Below are positions 1 to 9,644 of a stretch of DNA of 64,000 nt, piece after piece. Source of the stretch: a virus; the IMG/VR virus record IMGVR_UViG_3300042731_004976, positions 32,001 through 96,000 of that record; one strand, 5' to 3'. A program made the translations under genes and the position numbers. How positions within the stretch are numbered: the stretch's first letter is position 1; each line of letters opens with the position of its first letter. The notes beneath the pieces are model-generated. The model made no database searches. It was given only the letters and a program-made list of their open reading frames with translations, and was not told the origin of the DNA.

Positions 1-1
1 C

Positions 2-337
2 GAAGAACCCTCCCCTGAGGATCCCGAGGGAGCCCCTGTGGAGACACCCCCCTTCGTGAATACCGAAGGCGCTCCAGCGGAGGAACCTGTGGTGGTTCAA
101 ACGAACGCGAAGCCTCTGGACGTGGCCCGTACGCTGGTGGCAGCTCTGGATCGTCTACAAGGCTACGTTGCGGAGGTTAGGGACGCTGCTCAAGCTCTTT
201 GCGACGTGTTGGACCCATCGTCCAACGGCGTGTCAGAAACTGCTCAGGAGCCCACTCCTGAGCCCCCAACAGAGGTTCTAGACGAACCCACGGACGAAGG
301 AGACGACGAGGATGCCTCGGTACCGCAAGAGCGCTGA
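2..337 (+). CDS. Acidic Pro/Glu-rich hypothetical protein, 5'-truncated by the window edge
   Basis: Frame is open from position 2 (EEPSPEDPEGAPV...) into ORF 38..337; overlaps the next gene. Confidence 0.5.
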   Translation, partial: EEPSPEDPEGAPVETPPFVNTEGAPAEEPVVVQTNAKPLDVARTLVAALDRLQGYVAEVRDAAQALCDVLDPSSNGVSETAQEPTPEPPTEVLDEPTDEGDDEDASVPQER

Positions 338-764
338 CAAGGACGTAGTGATCATTCCCGGGGTGGGTCGGGTAGCTCCCGGACAAATCCTCGATGGGCT
401 GGAGTATCAGCGTTTCGCTGACCTTGGGCTACTCGAAGAGATCAAGGGCGCGGCTCCGCCTCAGCCCGTTACCTCACTTCCGAAAGAAGTGAAGGTCCAG
501 AAGGGCGTAACAGTGTCGGTGCCGGATCCTGTGCCCGTCATAGCTCCCGACATTCAAGAGATTTCTCCACCAAAGTCCTCTGGTGTCGAGATTCCGGACA
601 CGTCTGAGATCGAAGATCCAGACCTTCGTAGGGGCTGGAAGACGGACGAAGAGAAGGACGTCGGAGAGCCCGATGAGGTCCCAGAGGAGACGGACGACTC
701 CGAAGAGGCTAAGCTGAAGAAGCGAGCCGAGGTCCGGCGGAAAGGATCGAGGAAGAAGAAATGA
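312..764 (+). CDS. Hypothetical protein (head-region gene)
   Basis: 150-aa ORF, ATGA-coupled to the next gene; acidic middle and basic tail. Confidence 0.6.
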   Translation: MPRYRKSADKDVVIIPGVGRVAPGQILDGLEYQRFADLGLLEEIKGAAPPQPVTSLPKEVKVQKGVTVSVPDPVPVIAPDIQEISPPKSSGVEIPDTSEIEDPDLRRGWKTDEEKDVGEPDEVPEETDDSEEAKLKKRAEVRRKGSRKKK

Positions 765-958
765 ACTGTCCCAAGTGCAACGCGCCGGGCTTGATCGTGG
801 AATCGAGTTCGGACGGTAAGACTCGACACATCAAGTGCAACTCTTGCGGGCTCAACGAGGTGAAGGACGTGCAGGGTCGATCCCTCTTGACGGAGGTACC
901 TACGAGCCCCCACCTTCAGAGTACACCCGGAGGTCGCCAGCTTCTGACCGAGGGGTGA
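761..958 (+). CDS. Small Zn-ribbon protein
   Basis: CPKC...CNSC. Confidence 0.6.
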   Translation: MNCPKCNAPGLIVESSSDGKTRHIKCNSCGLNEVKDVQGRSLLTEVPTSPHLQSTPGGRQLLTEG

Positions 959-982
959 AAATAGCCCCTTGGAGACGAAGCC

Positions 983-1753
983 ATGGGAAATCCTACCAAC
1001 GCCGGGAATCTGACATCCGAAGGACCGTTTCAGTCGAGACAGTTCGACTTGGACACGTTCACCGATTGGATTCTCCGCCGCCTGGGGGCTCCCTTCTTCA
1101 AGGTCGAACTCACGTGCGAGCACGTCCACGAGGCTATCGAGGGGGCTATCCGTTGGTTCGCTGCCAAGAAGGGGGTCTTCAAGTTCGGCACGATCCCCAT
1201 CCAACCAGGACGGGTCGAATACCAACTTGCTGATGAAGTGGACATCGTTCTCGACGTAGCCTTCCGCGCGCCGCAGAGCGACATCAGCCTTATCTTCTCT
1301 CCGTATCTCCTATTGGACGAGAAGGTCCCGTACGACGTCTTCGCTGCCCCTCAGAGCGTTGGGCTCTACTCCAGCTACGTGCAGACGTTGCAGTACATCG
1401 AGACGGCAAAGCGCATTCTAGGAGCTGAGCTGGATTGGGAACAAAGAGGACGCTGCTTGTTCGTGTCCCCCACGCCCCGCCAAGCTTCGGTCGCCTTCCT
1501 CGAAGTCAAGAGCAGCAAGTTCAATTACAACGAGCTGCCGGAACGGGATGCGTATCTGATCCGTCAGTACGCTCTGGCTTGGGCGATGCGCGATTTGGGC
1601 ATGGTGCGTGGGAAGTTTTCTTCGTTCCCTGGTGCCCAAGGCGACCAGACGTTGAACGCAGACTACCTCCTGAGCGAGTCGAAGGACATGTTCGAAAAGC
1701 TCAACGAGGAGATCATTCTCACTGGGTACCCCATGAAGTTTGCGGTGGGTTAG
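983..1753 (+). CDS. Neck/head-tail adaptor, T4 gp13-like
   Basis: ILRRLGAP-x-x-KVELT N-terminal motif and FPG...TLN...L.E...E.L.EE...P..F.VG C-terminus typical of gp13. Confidence 0.85.
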   Translation: MGNPTNAGNLTSEGPFQSRQFDLDTFTDWILRRLGAPFFKVELTCEHVHEAIEGAIRWFAAKKGVFKFGTIPIQPGRVEYQLADEVDIVLDVAFRAPQSDISLIFSPYLLLDEKVPYDVFAAPQSVGLYSSYVQTLQYIETAKRILGAELDWEQRGRCLFVSPTPRQASVAFLEVKSSKFNYNELPERDAYLIRQYALAWAMRDLGMVRGKFSSFPGAQGDQTLNADYLLSESKDMFEKLNEEIILTGYPMKFAVG

Positions 1754-1773
1754 GGCATACTATGAAGTATGCC
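1754..1773 (+). promoter_or_regulatory. Hairpin sequestering the start codon of the HNH gene
   Basis: GGCATACT-atga-AGTATGCC perfect 8-bp stem; ATG 1769 lies in the 3' arm. Confidence 0.45.
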
Positions 1774-2281
1774 ATACGCCGATCCTGAGAAAGCAAGAGC
1801 CTACCGTCGTGAGTGGAAGAAGAGCCCAGAACAAAGAGCCAAAGCAGCGAAGCGTGCTCGCGAGCGCTATGCTGAGGACTCAGAATTCCGGGAGCGGAAC
1901 AAGGCCGCAGCGCGTCGATACCAGCAGGAGAATCCTCTCTCACCTGAGGAAGTCGAGAAGCGTAACAAGAAAAATGCAAAGCTCATTCGAGCCTCTCAAC
2001 TCAGGCGCCTCTATGGAATCACGGTGGAGGACTACCAGCGCCTATTTGCCAAGCAGAAAGGTTGCTGCGCGATCTGCGGTTCGAAGGAACCACGTCGAAC
2101 AGGCAGGAAACACTTGTGCGTGGATCATTGCCACGAAACCGGCAAAGTTAGGGGACTTCTCTGCGACCCATGCAACAACGGGTTTGGTCGATTTGGCGAC
2201 GACCCTCAACTTCTCAAGAGGGCAGTAGCCTACCTGGAACGCTATGACCAAAAAGAATTGCTGTCCCCCGAGTCCTCGTGA
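1769..2281 (+). CDS. Endonuclease VII-family HNH (probable free-standing homing endonuclease)
   Basis: YGIT.EDY..L...Q.GCCAICG...VDHCH.TGKVRGLLC..CN.G.G.F.D. Confidence 0.9.
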   Translation: MPYADPEKARAYRREWKKSPEQRAKAAKRARERYAEDSEFRERNKAAARRYQQENPLSPEEVEKRNKKNAKLIRASQLRRLYGITVEDYQRLFAKQKGCCAICGSKEPRRTGRKHLCVDHCHETGKVRGLLCDPCNNGFGRFGDDPQLLKRAVAYLERYDQKELLSPESS

Positions 2282-2843
2282 CTGCCTTCCGTGCTTGAAC
2301 ATGCCGAAGCGCATCGAAGGGACGTGCGACTTCGATCTATCCGCGGAGAACGAAGACCTGTTCGCCTGTTGGAACCAGGAGCACACGGATGTGTCGGGCA
2401 CTACCGTGGACTACTGGGTGCAGGATCTCATCAACTCGAAGCTAGATCCGCTATACAACGAACCGGAGCTTCGTGTGTGGGCCGGACCGTTTCGCTTCAA
2501 GGCGTTCTTGGAATGGCCTGAGAAGACGTTCGAGACGCGAGAAGAAGGTGCTCGGGCTCTCTGGGAGACACAGATCTACGTGCCCCGTCTCAGCATCGAA
2601 GAATCCAACCTCCCGGGGTTCCCTCGGGAAGGAGACGTCGCGCGCATCTGGCAGATCCCCTTCTTCGACCAGTACGCTCAGGGCGTAGACTTCAACATTC
2701 CTGGGGCTGGATACTACTTCGACGTGATCAACGTCAACGAGGATGGACACGCTCTCGACAACTTCGAGTTCACTCGCTTCAAGCTCACCCTCAAGCGTCG
2801 CACGGAGTTTACGCCCGAGCGCCGTGTTCTCAACCAGACGTAG
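2244..2843 (+). CDS. Neck/head-closure protein, T4 gp14-like
   Basis: DPLYNE, P.EGD and YFDV..V motifs; follows the gp13-like gene. Confidence 0.65.
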   Translation: MTKKNCCPPSPRDCLPCLNMPKRIEGTCDFDLSAENEDLFACWNQEHTDVSGTTVDYWVQDLINSKLDPLYNEPELRVWAGPFRFKAFLEWPEKTFETREEGARALWETQIYVPRLSIEESNLPGFPREGDVARIWQIPFFDQYAQGVDFNIPGAGYYFDVINVNEDGHALDNFEFTRFKLTLKRRTEFTPERRVLNQT

Positions 2844-2855
2844 GAGATCGAAAGA

Positions 2856-3140
2856 ATGGCTAAGAAGCAAATCGTCGAGGAGGCGTGGCCTCACGGGAGG
2901 CGTCGTGTCTTGAAAGAAGAGGACACAATGGATGCGGCCTCTCAGAAGATCGTTCAGCAGATCGCTCTCGGAGCGAAGGCTGCGGGACTACTCGACACCG
3001 AGAATCCTTTGGAGGACACGATGTTCGTTCTTCGCGACATCGTTCGTCATCCGAACGCTCTGAAGATGGAACTGAAGAAGATGGCGAAGTCCGGTAGTCG
3101 CGCGGCTCAGACTCTGCGAACGGTTCGCAAGGAGATCTGA
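2856..3140 (+). CDS. Hypothetical protein
   Basis: 94-aa ORF with upstream AGGAG, in the structural operon. Confidence 0.6.
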   Translation: MAKKQIVEEAWPHGRRRVLKEEDTMDAASQKIVQQIALGAKAAGLLDTENPLEDTMFVLRDIVRHPNALKMELKKMAKSGSRAAQTLRTVRKEI

Positions 3141-3143
3141 GCG

Positions 3144-3659
3144 TTGCCCATCACTACCGAGATGATGCAAGCAGCTGCTGCTGGCGGCCTCTCGGTAGTG
3201 TGTGCTTCCTGCGAACGTTACTGGGAAGCCCGGGAGAAGGGTATCCAAGGGGATCGATGCCTGGCTACGGACGGCTGTGGTTCTCCCCTGGCTCGTGGAA
3301 CATTCCACGAGTACCGAGGTCCCATGACTCCCGAAATGATGAAGCGCTGTTGCTTCGTCTGTGGTTCCCCCTCCGTGAAGGGTCTACGAGCTACCGGAAG
3401 TCCGCGTGTCATCGGAGTATGTGCCGAGCACTTTGCGTGGATGAACGATCCCGAAATGCGAAACCCGCTACCGTCTCAGGTTACTTCCAAACCGAAACGG
3501 AACTACCTCGACATCGATCCCAAGGTCCTGAACGGACACAAGCTGCCCTCGGAAAAATCTCTCCTGGGGACGATGCTCAAGACCGAAAAGGAGTGGGCGG
3601 ACAAGGACGGGGTCGAGTTCGACGCCATCCGCTTCCTTGGTCTGAAGCATGAGCATTGA
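3144..3659 (+). CDS. Cys-rich hypothetical protein
   Basis: CASC, CFVC, CAEH motifs; AGGAG upstream. Confidence 0.6.
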   Translation: MPITTEMMQAAAAGGLSVVCASCERYWEAREKGIQGDRCLATDGCGSPLARGTFHEYRGPMTPEMMKRCCFVCGSPSVKGLRATGSPRVIGVCAEHFAWMNDPEMRNPLPSQVTSKPKRNYLDIDPKVLNGHKLPSEKSLLGTMLKTEKEWADKDGVEFDAIRFLGLKHEH

Positions 3660-4485
3660 CGTTCGAGTCCGCAGTCCGCAGGCGGGCAACCTAGACAAGC
3701 TGCTCCGGGAATGGCCGAAGCGACTGGAGCACGTCAAGGCGCAGCTCACTTACCTCGCAACCGAGTACGTACACGAGGAGATTCAGAGTCGGATCCCAAA
3801 CGATCAGGAGTACGGGAGTTATCGACGAGGGTTGACCTTCTCCAGGGTAATGGGGACCGGGAAGGACGTCGTCTATGCAGTACATATCAACCCGAAGAGC
3901 ACCAAAGTCCGGAAAATAGAGGCGAAAAATACGCTCCTCTACGTCAAAGCAAAGAGACGATCTCGAAGGACTCCTCCGGAGATCGCTGTTCTGGAGCGCT
4001 ACAATCCGTGGACTGTCCGTACTTTGCCCTTCGCGCCCAACAAGCGCTGGGCGATCGTAGTTTCTCAGAAGGCAAATCCCACCACCGTTGCGAAGGTGGA
4101 GGCTAAAAGGCAGCACCAACGGCCTGAATGGAGGCGCGCCCTGACCGAAGTCGGCGTCCGAACCATCAAAAAAGATCAGGGGATCAAGCTGTCCAAGAAG
4201 CTCGAAGCACTTCCCGATGTAGCTCTGGACGGTATTCGGCTAGAATTCGGTCTCGGTAATAGAGCAGAGCCTCACTGGCGACCTGCTATCCTAGGTCTCA
4301 GGAAGACCTTCTTCCGGAGACTGTTACGAACACGAAGAGGCAAGGAACTGATCGCAGCGCTCACAAACTCTCGCTTCAAGAAATGGACGAAGTGGCCTAA
4401 GAGGATGAGAGGAAAACTCCGCGCGGGCGAGGCGAAGAAGTTCGTAGGATTCCAGAAGCGCCTCGGCATACGGGGACAGAAGTAA
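3649..4485 (+). CDS. Basic virion morphogenesis/tail-completion-like protein
   Basis: Very basic 278-aa ORF between neck and tail terminator; ends with PHWRPA motif; function inferred from position. Confidence 0.45.
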   Translation: MSIDVRVRSPQAGNLDKLLREWPKRLEHVKAQLTYLATEYVHEEIQSRIPNDQEYGSYRRGLTFSRVMGTGKDVVYAVHINPKSTKVRKIEAKNTLLYVKAKRRSRRTPPEIAVLERYNPWTVRTLPFAPNKRWAIVVSQKANPTTVAKVEAKRQHQRPEWRRALTEVGVRTIKKDQGIKLSKKLEALPDVALDGIRLEFGLGNRAEPHWRPAILGLRKTFFRRLLRTRRGKELIAALTNSRFKKWTKWPKRMRGKLRAGEAKKFVGFQKRLGIRGQK

Positions 4486-4497
4486 GGAGAACGATCG

Positions 4498-4908
4498 ATG
4501 AACAACCGGATCAATGCGGTACTCGAAAACATCCGAGCGACCATGGAAGGCGAGGGCGACGACGCCACTGCTTACGGTCCTTCGGTTTCCGGAGACGTTG
4601 GAGGTGCAACGAACGCCGATGCTGAGGCAGGTGCCGGCGGAGCGGTGAACCCGAGCGATGTCAGCAACACGCTCGACCTCTACCTCTCGGAGATCTCCGA
4701 CCTCCTCACCCTGGAGTACGGCAAGAACGAGAACGAAGCGATGAACTTCGTGTTCAGTGCAGCTTCGGCTCTCGCTCGTGAAGGCGTCATTCCCGAGGTT
4801 CCGAGCGACAGCGCTACGGACGACGAGGTGGCTCAGTGGCTCGGCAAGGCCAAGAGCGTCCAGTTCGCGTCCCACGTGCTGAACCGCGCTCGTGAGATGA
4901 GCAAGTAG
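4498..4908 (+). CDS. Hypothetical acidic protein (possible head protein)
   Basis: AAGGAG RBS; 136-aa ORF. Confidence 0.6.
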   Translation: MNNRINAVLENIRATMEGEGDDATAYGPSVSGDVGGATNADAEAGAGGAVNPSDVSNTLDLYLSEISDLLTLEYGKNENEAMNFVFSAASALAREGVIPEVPSDSATDDEVAQWLGKAKSVQFASHVLNRAREMSK

Positions 4909-4927
4909 GGGGTAACACCAGGGCCCC

Positions 4928-5707
4928 ATGGCTCAGGAGCTACCCACCCTATCGCCTGTAGAACGGGCACGCTTAGTCGCTCGACGCTTCGGTGCTGAGC
5001 GACAAGGGCGGGTGACCATCCGAGACTTCGACCAAGGAATGGTCGAGACCCTTGGTGCTTGTGTCTACCCAGACCTCTCGGTCCCGGACAACCAGCGGTA
5101 CTGGTTGAAACTCGACGGCATTGATCCCCCTCCGGGAAAGCCGGGCGTCCTCGTGACGTTCAGCTTCCCGGAGGCCGAGTTCAAATCGTACGTCGTTCCT
5201 CTCGTACTCTTCCGTAGGGACGATATCTCGCCAGCGAACGAGCGATGGCACTCCGTTGGGCACGAAGGGTACCGGGCTCCAGCCCCCGACGCCAACAAGG
5301 TGATCGTTCCGAATACAGCTCCCGCCAGTGTCGCTGGCAAGACTGGGTACGATCGCGTTGAGGTGGGCCTAGCACCCATCCCCTTCGATATCACCTACAC
5401 GATCTCGATCTTCTGTCATTACCGCGGAGCCATCGGGCAACGTGGGCAGGTGAATTCGATCCTGGGACATGTCCTCCGGATCTTCCCGCCGTATGGGAAG
5501 GTTTACGTGAAGGACGACATCGGAGACTACCGCGGGTACTACACCTTCACGGAGTCGACTTCCGTTCTGGACGAACACCCCGAAGTTGCGGAGCGCATAA
5601 TCGGTTTTGGTGTAACCGTTCGTGTTGAGGCTGAACTCGATCTATCGGAACCGACGATCCACAGAACAGTCACTCAACCATTGACCGTCAACCTCAAGCA
5701 ACTGTAA
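4928..5707 (+). CDS. Tail terminator/sheath stabiliser, T4 gp15-like
   Basis: IPFDITYTISIF...QVNSILGHVLRIF motif, upstream of the sheath. Confidence 0.7.
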   Translation: MAQELPTLSPVERARLVARRFGAERQGRVTIRDFDQGMVETLGACVYPDLSVPDNQRYWLKLDGIDPPPGKPGVLVTFSFPEAEFKSYVVPLVLFRRDDISPANERWHSVGHEGYRAPAPDANKVIVPNTAPASVAGKTGYDRVEVGLAPIPFDITYTISIFCHYRGAIGQRGQVNSILGHVLRIFPPYGKVYVKDDIGDYRGYYTFTESTSVLDEHPEVAERIIGFGVTVRVEAELDLSEPTIHRTVTQPLTVNLKQL

Positions 5708-5718
5708 GGTGGTGACAG

Positions 5719-6051
5719 ATGGGCAGGTACTTCAACAAAGGACGCGGCAGTCTTCCTCTGACTCTGAGTGATGGGAAGTCCGTCTCCGTACCTGGCAATT
5801 CTTGGATCGTCCTCGAAGGACGTGACGAAACGACCGCAAGCGTGCGGCGTGCTGTTCGGAAGGAGCAACTCTTCCAGCAGATCGCAAAGAAGCAGCCTGC
5901 GGCTTCAGCAACGAAGAAGACAGAGGTGAAGACCACGGCAACTCCTGCCGGGGAAGAGGCTCCTGCGGATACCGCAGCCGAGGAGTCGAAGCCTACAGAA
6001 GCGGCACCGAAGAAAGCGCGGCGCAGCCGTGCTCGCGCAACAGCCGAGTAG
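5719..6051 (+). CDS. Hypothetical protein
   Basis: 110-aa ORF with Ala/Lys/Glu-rich tail, just before the sheath. Confidence 0.6.
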   Translation: MGRYFNKGRGSLPLTLSDGKSVSVPGNSWIVLEGRDETTASVRRAVRKEQLFQQIAKKQPAASATKKTEVKTTATPAGEEAPADTAAEESKPTEAAPKKARRSRARATAE

Positions 6052-6085
6052 TTCGTAGGTTTCCAAAAAACCCAGGAGGTAGACC

Positions 6086-9000
6086 GTGGCAGAATTTCTG
6101 AGCCCGGGAGTTTTCATCGAGGAAGTCCCGTCGACAGTCCAGACCATTGCGGCTGTCTCCACCTCGAACTTGGGGATCATCGGTTTCACGACCAAGGGTC
6201 CGGTGGACGAGGCGACGCTGGTCACTTCTCCGGATCAGTTCTTCCGAACCTTCGGAGAGCTGTCCCCCGATACCTTCACGGGTCTCTCGGTTCTGGCCTT
6301 CTTCGCCAACGGTGGTCGTCGAGCCTTCGTGGTTCGTGTCGTTCCAAGCGATGCGGTCACTGCCGATGCCGACCTTCAGAGCAAGACCTACTCGCAGCAA
6401 ATCGAGACGGGTGACGGGTCCACAGTCAACTTCACGAAGACCGATCTCAACACCACGCTCAAGGTGAACGGGGGTCTGTCCCCGATCATCGCCTACAACG
6501 GTCTGGCCAACGCCGGTATCCTTCTCCAGTGGCGTTCTGCTGGCGCAGCGATTGCTGCGGAGCGGGTGAAGGACATCACGGACGGTACCACGGATCTCGA
6601 CCTGGTCGACAGCCAGGCGGAGTACGGGTTCACCATCGATCCCACGCAGCTTCCCGCCCTCGCCGAAGAGGACTGGGAGCAGCTCGCCGTCGTTCCGGGT
6701 ACGGTCACCCTCTCGTTCGATCCGGACGGTGGTGGTGCACGCACTCTCGTCCTGGCCAATCCCACTTCTGGATCGGTATCCTCCACCCCAGGGGACGGAG
6801 CCACGACCGACTCCGAGACGGTTGTGGTCTTCGACTACGCTACGGGACGTGGATCCATTCTCTTCGGTGCTTCCGACATCAACGATGTGCCCGATGCCTC
6901 CGTGGTCGCAGCGTCTCTGACACTCGCCTACACCCCGACGACAACTTCGCGTCAGGCTCGGGACGATGGTTCCGGGAACATCATTCAGATCACAACGAGC
7001 ACGATCGATGCCGGTGGTACCAACACCATCGACTACAACGACGGTTCCTACGACTTCGACACTACGGTGGGGGCCACCCCTCACGACGGTGCGCCCATTC
7101 TGGCGACGTACTTCATCGAAGCGTTCGACCTGAACCCCGTCTCTCCCGGCGAGTGGGCGAACAACATCAAGCTCCAGGTGCAGGGCAACGCGAACTACTT
7201 CGATGCGTCTACGCAGACGTACACGAAGTTCGACGTCAACGTCACGGAGTTGAACTCGCAGAGTGGTCTCTTCGAGGTCGTCGAGTCCTACGAAGCCCTC
7301 GACTTCTCGGATTCAAGCGCCGTCGACTACTTCGTCGATGTCATCAACGAGCTGTCCGACCTGATCGAAGTCACGTCTCCCGCAGGGGACGAGGCTCCTG
7401 GTACCCTCAACGGGCGCTCGGTGACTCAGGAGATCGGTGCTGGCGGAGCCAACTTCACCCCGGCAACCTTCGGTGCTGTGGATCTCCTCGGAGATGACCT
7501 TCGAGACCAAGGCTTCGCCATTGGGCCTCGGAGCGTCGTTCTCACGGCAACCGACAAGGGTCTCGCTGCAACGGGAACCATCACCACGGTGGCGGAAGCA
7601 AGCCTCATCGATGGCGAGACCTTCACGCTCGACGACGGTGTGAACCCGGCCATCACCTTCGAGTTCGATGTCGGAGGCGGTGGTGTAGTTGCAGGCAACG
7701 TGGCGGTAGTCATTGCTGCCATGGACACGGCGGACGTTGTCCGGGATGCCATCATTACTGCGGTCAACGGTGAGGCTGCTGCTGGCAACATCCTCATTCG
7801 TGCCGCAGACGGTGGTGCCGCGACTGTCGACCTCACCCACGCTCGTACGGGTGTGGTGGGCAACCAGGCCATCACGGACACGGTGGCCGATGCAGGCTTC
7901 GTTGTCGTAGGCATGGCCGGCGGTACTGCCGACACCACGCTCACCGTCAACGATGATGGTACGGGTGCTCTCACGGGGGATATCGATCCGACCTACGCCA
8001 CTACGGTGACGGTGTCGGGTACGGACATTCCCCCGAACGAGATCAACTACGCGCTAGGCTGGGCGAACTTCCAGTTCAACACGACCAACGGTCTCAAGGG
8101 CGGAACGCTCGTGGAAGCGGCCTTCTACACCGACCCCGAGGAATCCGTTCGGGAAGACCAGTTCGGCGACACCGACAAGCAGTTCACGGATACGGCTGCT
8201 GTTCCCGTGGATCACTACGCTGCCGGCTCCGACGGAACCTTCACGTCGAGCACGTACTCCAGGACGCAGTTCTCGGATCCGACTCTCCAGTCGGGCGACC
8301 GTGGTCTCTATGCCCTGAACAAGGTCGACGAGATCATGCAGGTCATCATCCCGGACTTCGCGGGTGATGTGACGGTGACAGGAGATCTTCTCGACTACGC
8401 CGCTGCACGAGCTGCTCTGCCCTCGGGTGGAGACCGCTTCATCATCCTGGCGGTTCCCGTGGGATCCGATGCTCAGGAGGCGGTGGACTGGTTCCGTTTC
8501 GACCTGGGACGGTTTAGCAAGTTCGCGGCTCTCTACTGGCCTTGGATTCGGGTTGCCGATCCTCTGGCGGACGGGCGACCGCTGCTCATGCCGCCTCTGG
8601 GCCACGTTGCAGGTGTCTACGCACGTACCGACACGACTCGAAACGTGGGCAAGGCCCCTGGTGGTACCGTGGACGGTGCTCTCAACTTCCTGATCGGTCT
8701 GGAAACGGAACCGACACAGGGGGATCGAAACTTCGTCTACCCGAACAAGATCAACCCGCTCATTTCCAGCCCGCAGACGGGTCTGGCGGTGTGGGGTGTC
8801 CGTACCATCGCCATCGAAAGCGAGTGGCGATACATCCAAGCACGTCGGCTCTTCATGTTCTTGGAGAAGTCGGTGTTCAACGCCACCGGGTGGATCGTCT
8901 TCGAGAACAACGGTCCTGGCCTCTGGTCTCGCATCAAGGGTCAGCTCGATGGCTTCCTCTCGAACCTCTTCAACGAGGGGCTGTTCTTCGGGGCTTCGCC

Positions 9001-9151
9001 TACCGATGCGTACTTCGTCGTCGTGGACGAGACCAACAACGATGCGGCTTCCATCGAAGCAGGTCAGGTCATCATCGACATCGGAGTCGCCCCGAACCGC
9101 CCGGCGGAGTTCGTTCGCTTCCGCTTCCAGCAGAAGACGATCTCAGGCTAG
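6086..9151 (+). CDS. Contractile tail sheath protein with large internal insertions
   Basis: FLSPGVFIEE N-terminus; WGVRT, WRYIQARRL, FENN, GVAPNRPAEF C-terminal sheath motifs; AGGAGG RBS. Confidence 0.95.
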   Translation: MAEFLSPGVFIEEVPSTVQTIAAVSTSNLGIIGFTTKGPVDEATLVTSPDQFFRTFGELSPDTFTGLSVLAFFANGGRRAFVVRVVPSDAVTADADLQSKTYSQQIETGDGSTVNFTKTDLNTTLKVNGGLSPIIAYNGLANAGILLQWRSAGAAIAAERVKDITDGTTDLDLVDSQAEYGFTIDPTQLPALAEEDWEQLAVVPGTVTLSFDPDGGGARTLVLANPTSGSVSSTPGDGATTDSETVVVFDYATGRGSILFGASDINDVPDASVVAASLTLAYTPTTTSRQARDDGSGNIIQITTSTIDAGGTNTIDYNDGSYDFDTTVGATPHDGAPILATYFIEAFDLNPVSPGEWANNIKLQVQGNANYFDASTQTYTKFDVNVTELNSQSGLFEVVESYEALDFSDSSAVDYFVDVINELSDLIEVTSPAGDEAPGTLNGRSVTQEIGAGGANFTPATFGAVDLLGDDLRDQGFAIGPRSVVLTATDKGLAATGTITTVAEASLIDGETFTLDDGVNPAITFEFDVGGGGVVAGNVAVVIAAMDTADVVRDAIITAVNGEAAAGNILIRAADGGAATVDLTHARTGVVGNQAITDTVADAGFVVVGMAGGTADTTLTVNDDGTGALTGDIDPTYATTVTVSGTDIPPNEINYALGWANFQFNTTNGLKGGTLVEAAFYTDPEESVREDQFGDTDKQFTDTAAVPVDHYAAGSDGTFTSSTYSRTQFSDPTLQSGDRGLYALNKVDEIMQVIIPDFAGDVTVTGDLLDYAAARAALPSGGDRFIILAVPVGSDAQEAVDWFRFDLGRFSKFAALYWPWIRVADPLADGRPLLMPPLGHVAGVYARTDTTRNVGKAPGGTVDGALNFLIGLETEPTQGDRNFVYPNKINPLISSPQTGLAVWGVRTIAIESEWRYIQARRLFMFLEKSVFNATGWIVFENNGPGLWSRIKGQLDGFLSNLFNEGLFFGASPTDAYFVVVDETNNDAASIEAGQVIIDIGVAPNRPAEFVRFRFQQKTISG

Positions 9152-9179
9152 CCTCGCTCACGAATGAAGGAGTAGATCA

Positions 9180-9548
9180 ATGCAAGTTACGTTCACGAAT
9201 GCATCGGGAGACGACCTCTTCCTTTCGCAGCTGTACCGCAACCTCGCTGCCGGCGAGTCGCTCACCACGAGCCGTACTCCCCTCGACATCGACGGAGACC
9301 AGGCACTCAAGGCTCTCATCGAAGCAGGTGACATCACCATCTCGGCAGTCACCGAGGCTGGTGACACCATCTACTTCGCTCGAATCGCGGGTTCCGACGC
9401 TCTCGTGCCTCTGGCGGTCTACGATGATGCAGGACGTCCGGATCCCACAGCGGTTCCGGCTGGTACTGCCATCTTCAACTCGGATGACGGCTTTCCGAAC
9501 TACAGCGACGGCACCAACTGGGTCGACGCTGCCGGCGTAACCACCTGA
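9180..9548 (+). CDS. Putative small virion protein (paralog of 9645..10256 at the N-terminus)
   Basis: In tail operon; C-terminus P.GT.IFNSDD..PNYSDGTNW resembles tail-fibre repeat ends. Confidence 0.6.
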   Translation: MQVTFTNASGDDLFLSQLYRNLAAGESLTTSRTPLDIDGDQALKALIEAGDITISAVTEAGDTIYFARIAGSDALVPLAVYDDAGRPDPTAVPAGTAIFNSDDGFPNYSDGTNWVDAAGVTT

Positions 9549-9549
9549 T

Positions 9550-9620
9550 GGGGCTCTTGAGCCCCTGAAGGGGCTCATGCTAGAACGGACGACTTGGACG
9601 CTCAGCGCAAGCTGCGCTGA
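9550..9620 (+). other. Intergenic inverted repeats (alternative hairpins)
   Basis: GGGGCTC/GAGCCCC/GGGGCTC (9550-9576) and TCAGCGCA-agc-TGCGCTGA (9602-9620). Confidence 0.5.
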
Positions 9621-9644
9621 AATCTCACGGACGGAGGCCCCATC

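Noticed and set aside
5993-7084. Long antisense and alternate-frame ORFs (also 16670..18067, 25583..26776, 59640..60605 and others)
   Set aside because: They shadow well-supported genes in GC-rich DNA and have no recognisable motifs.
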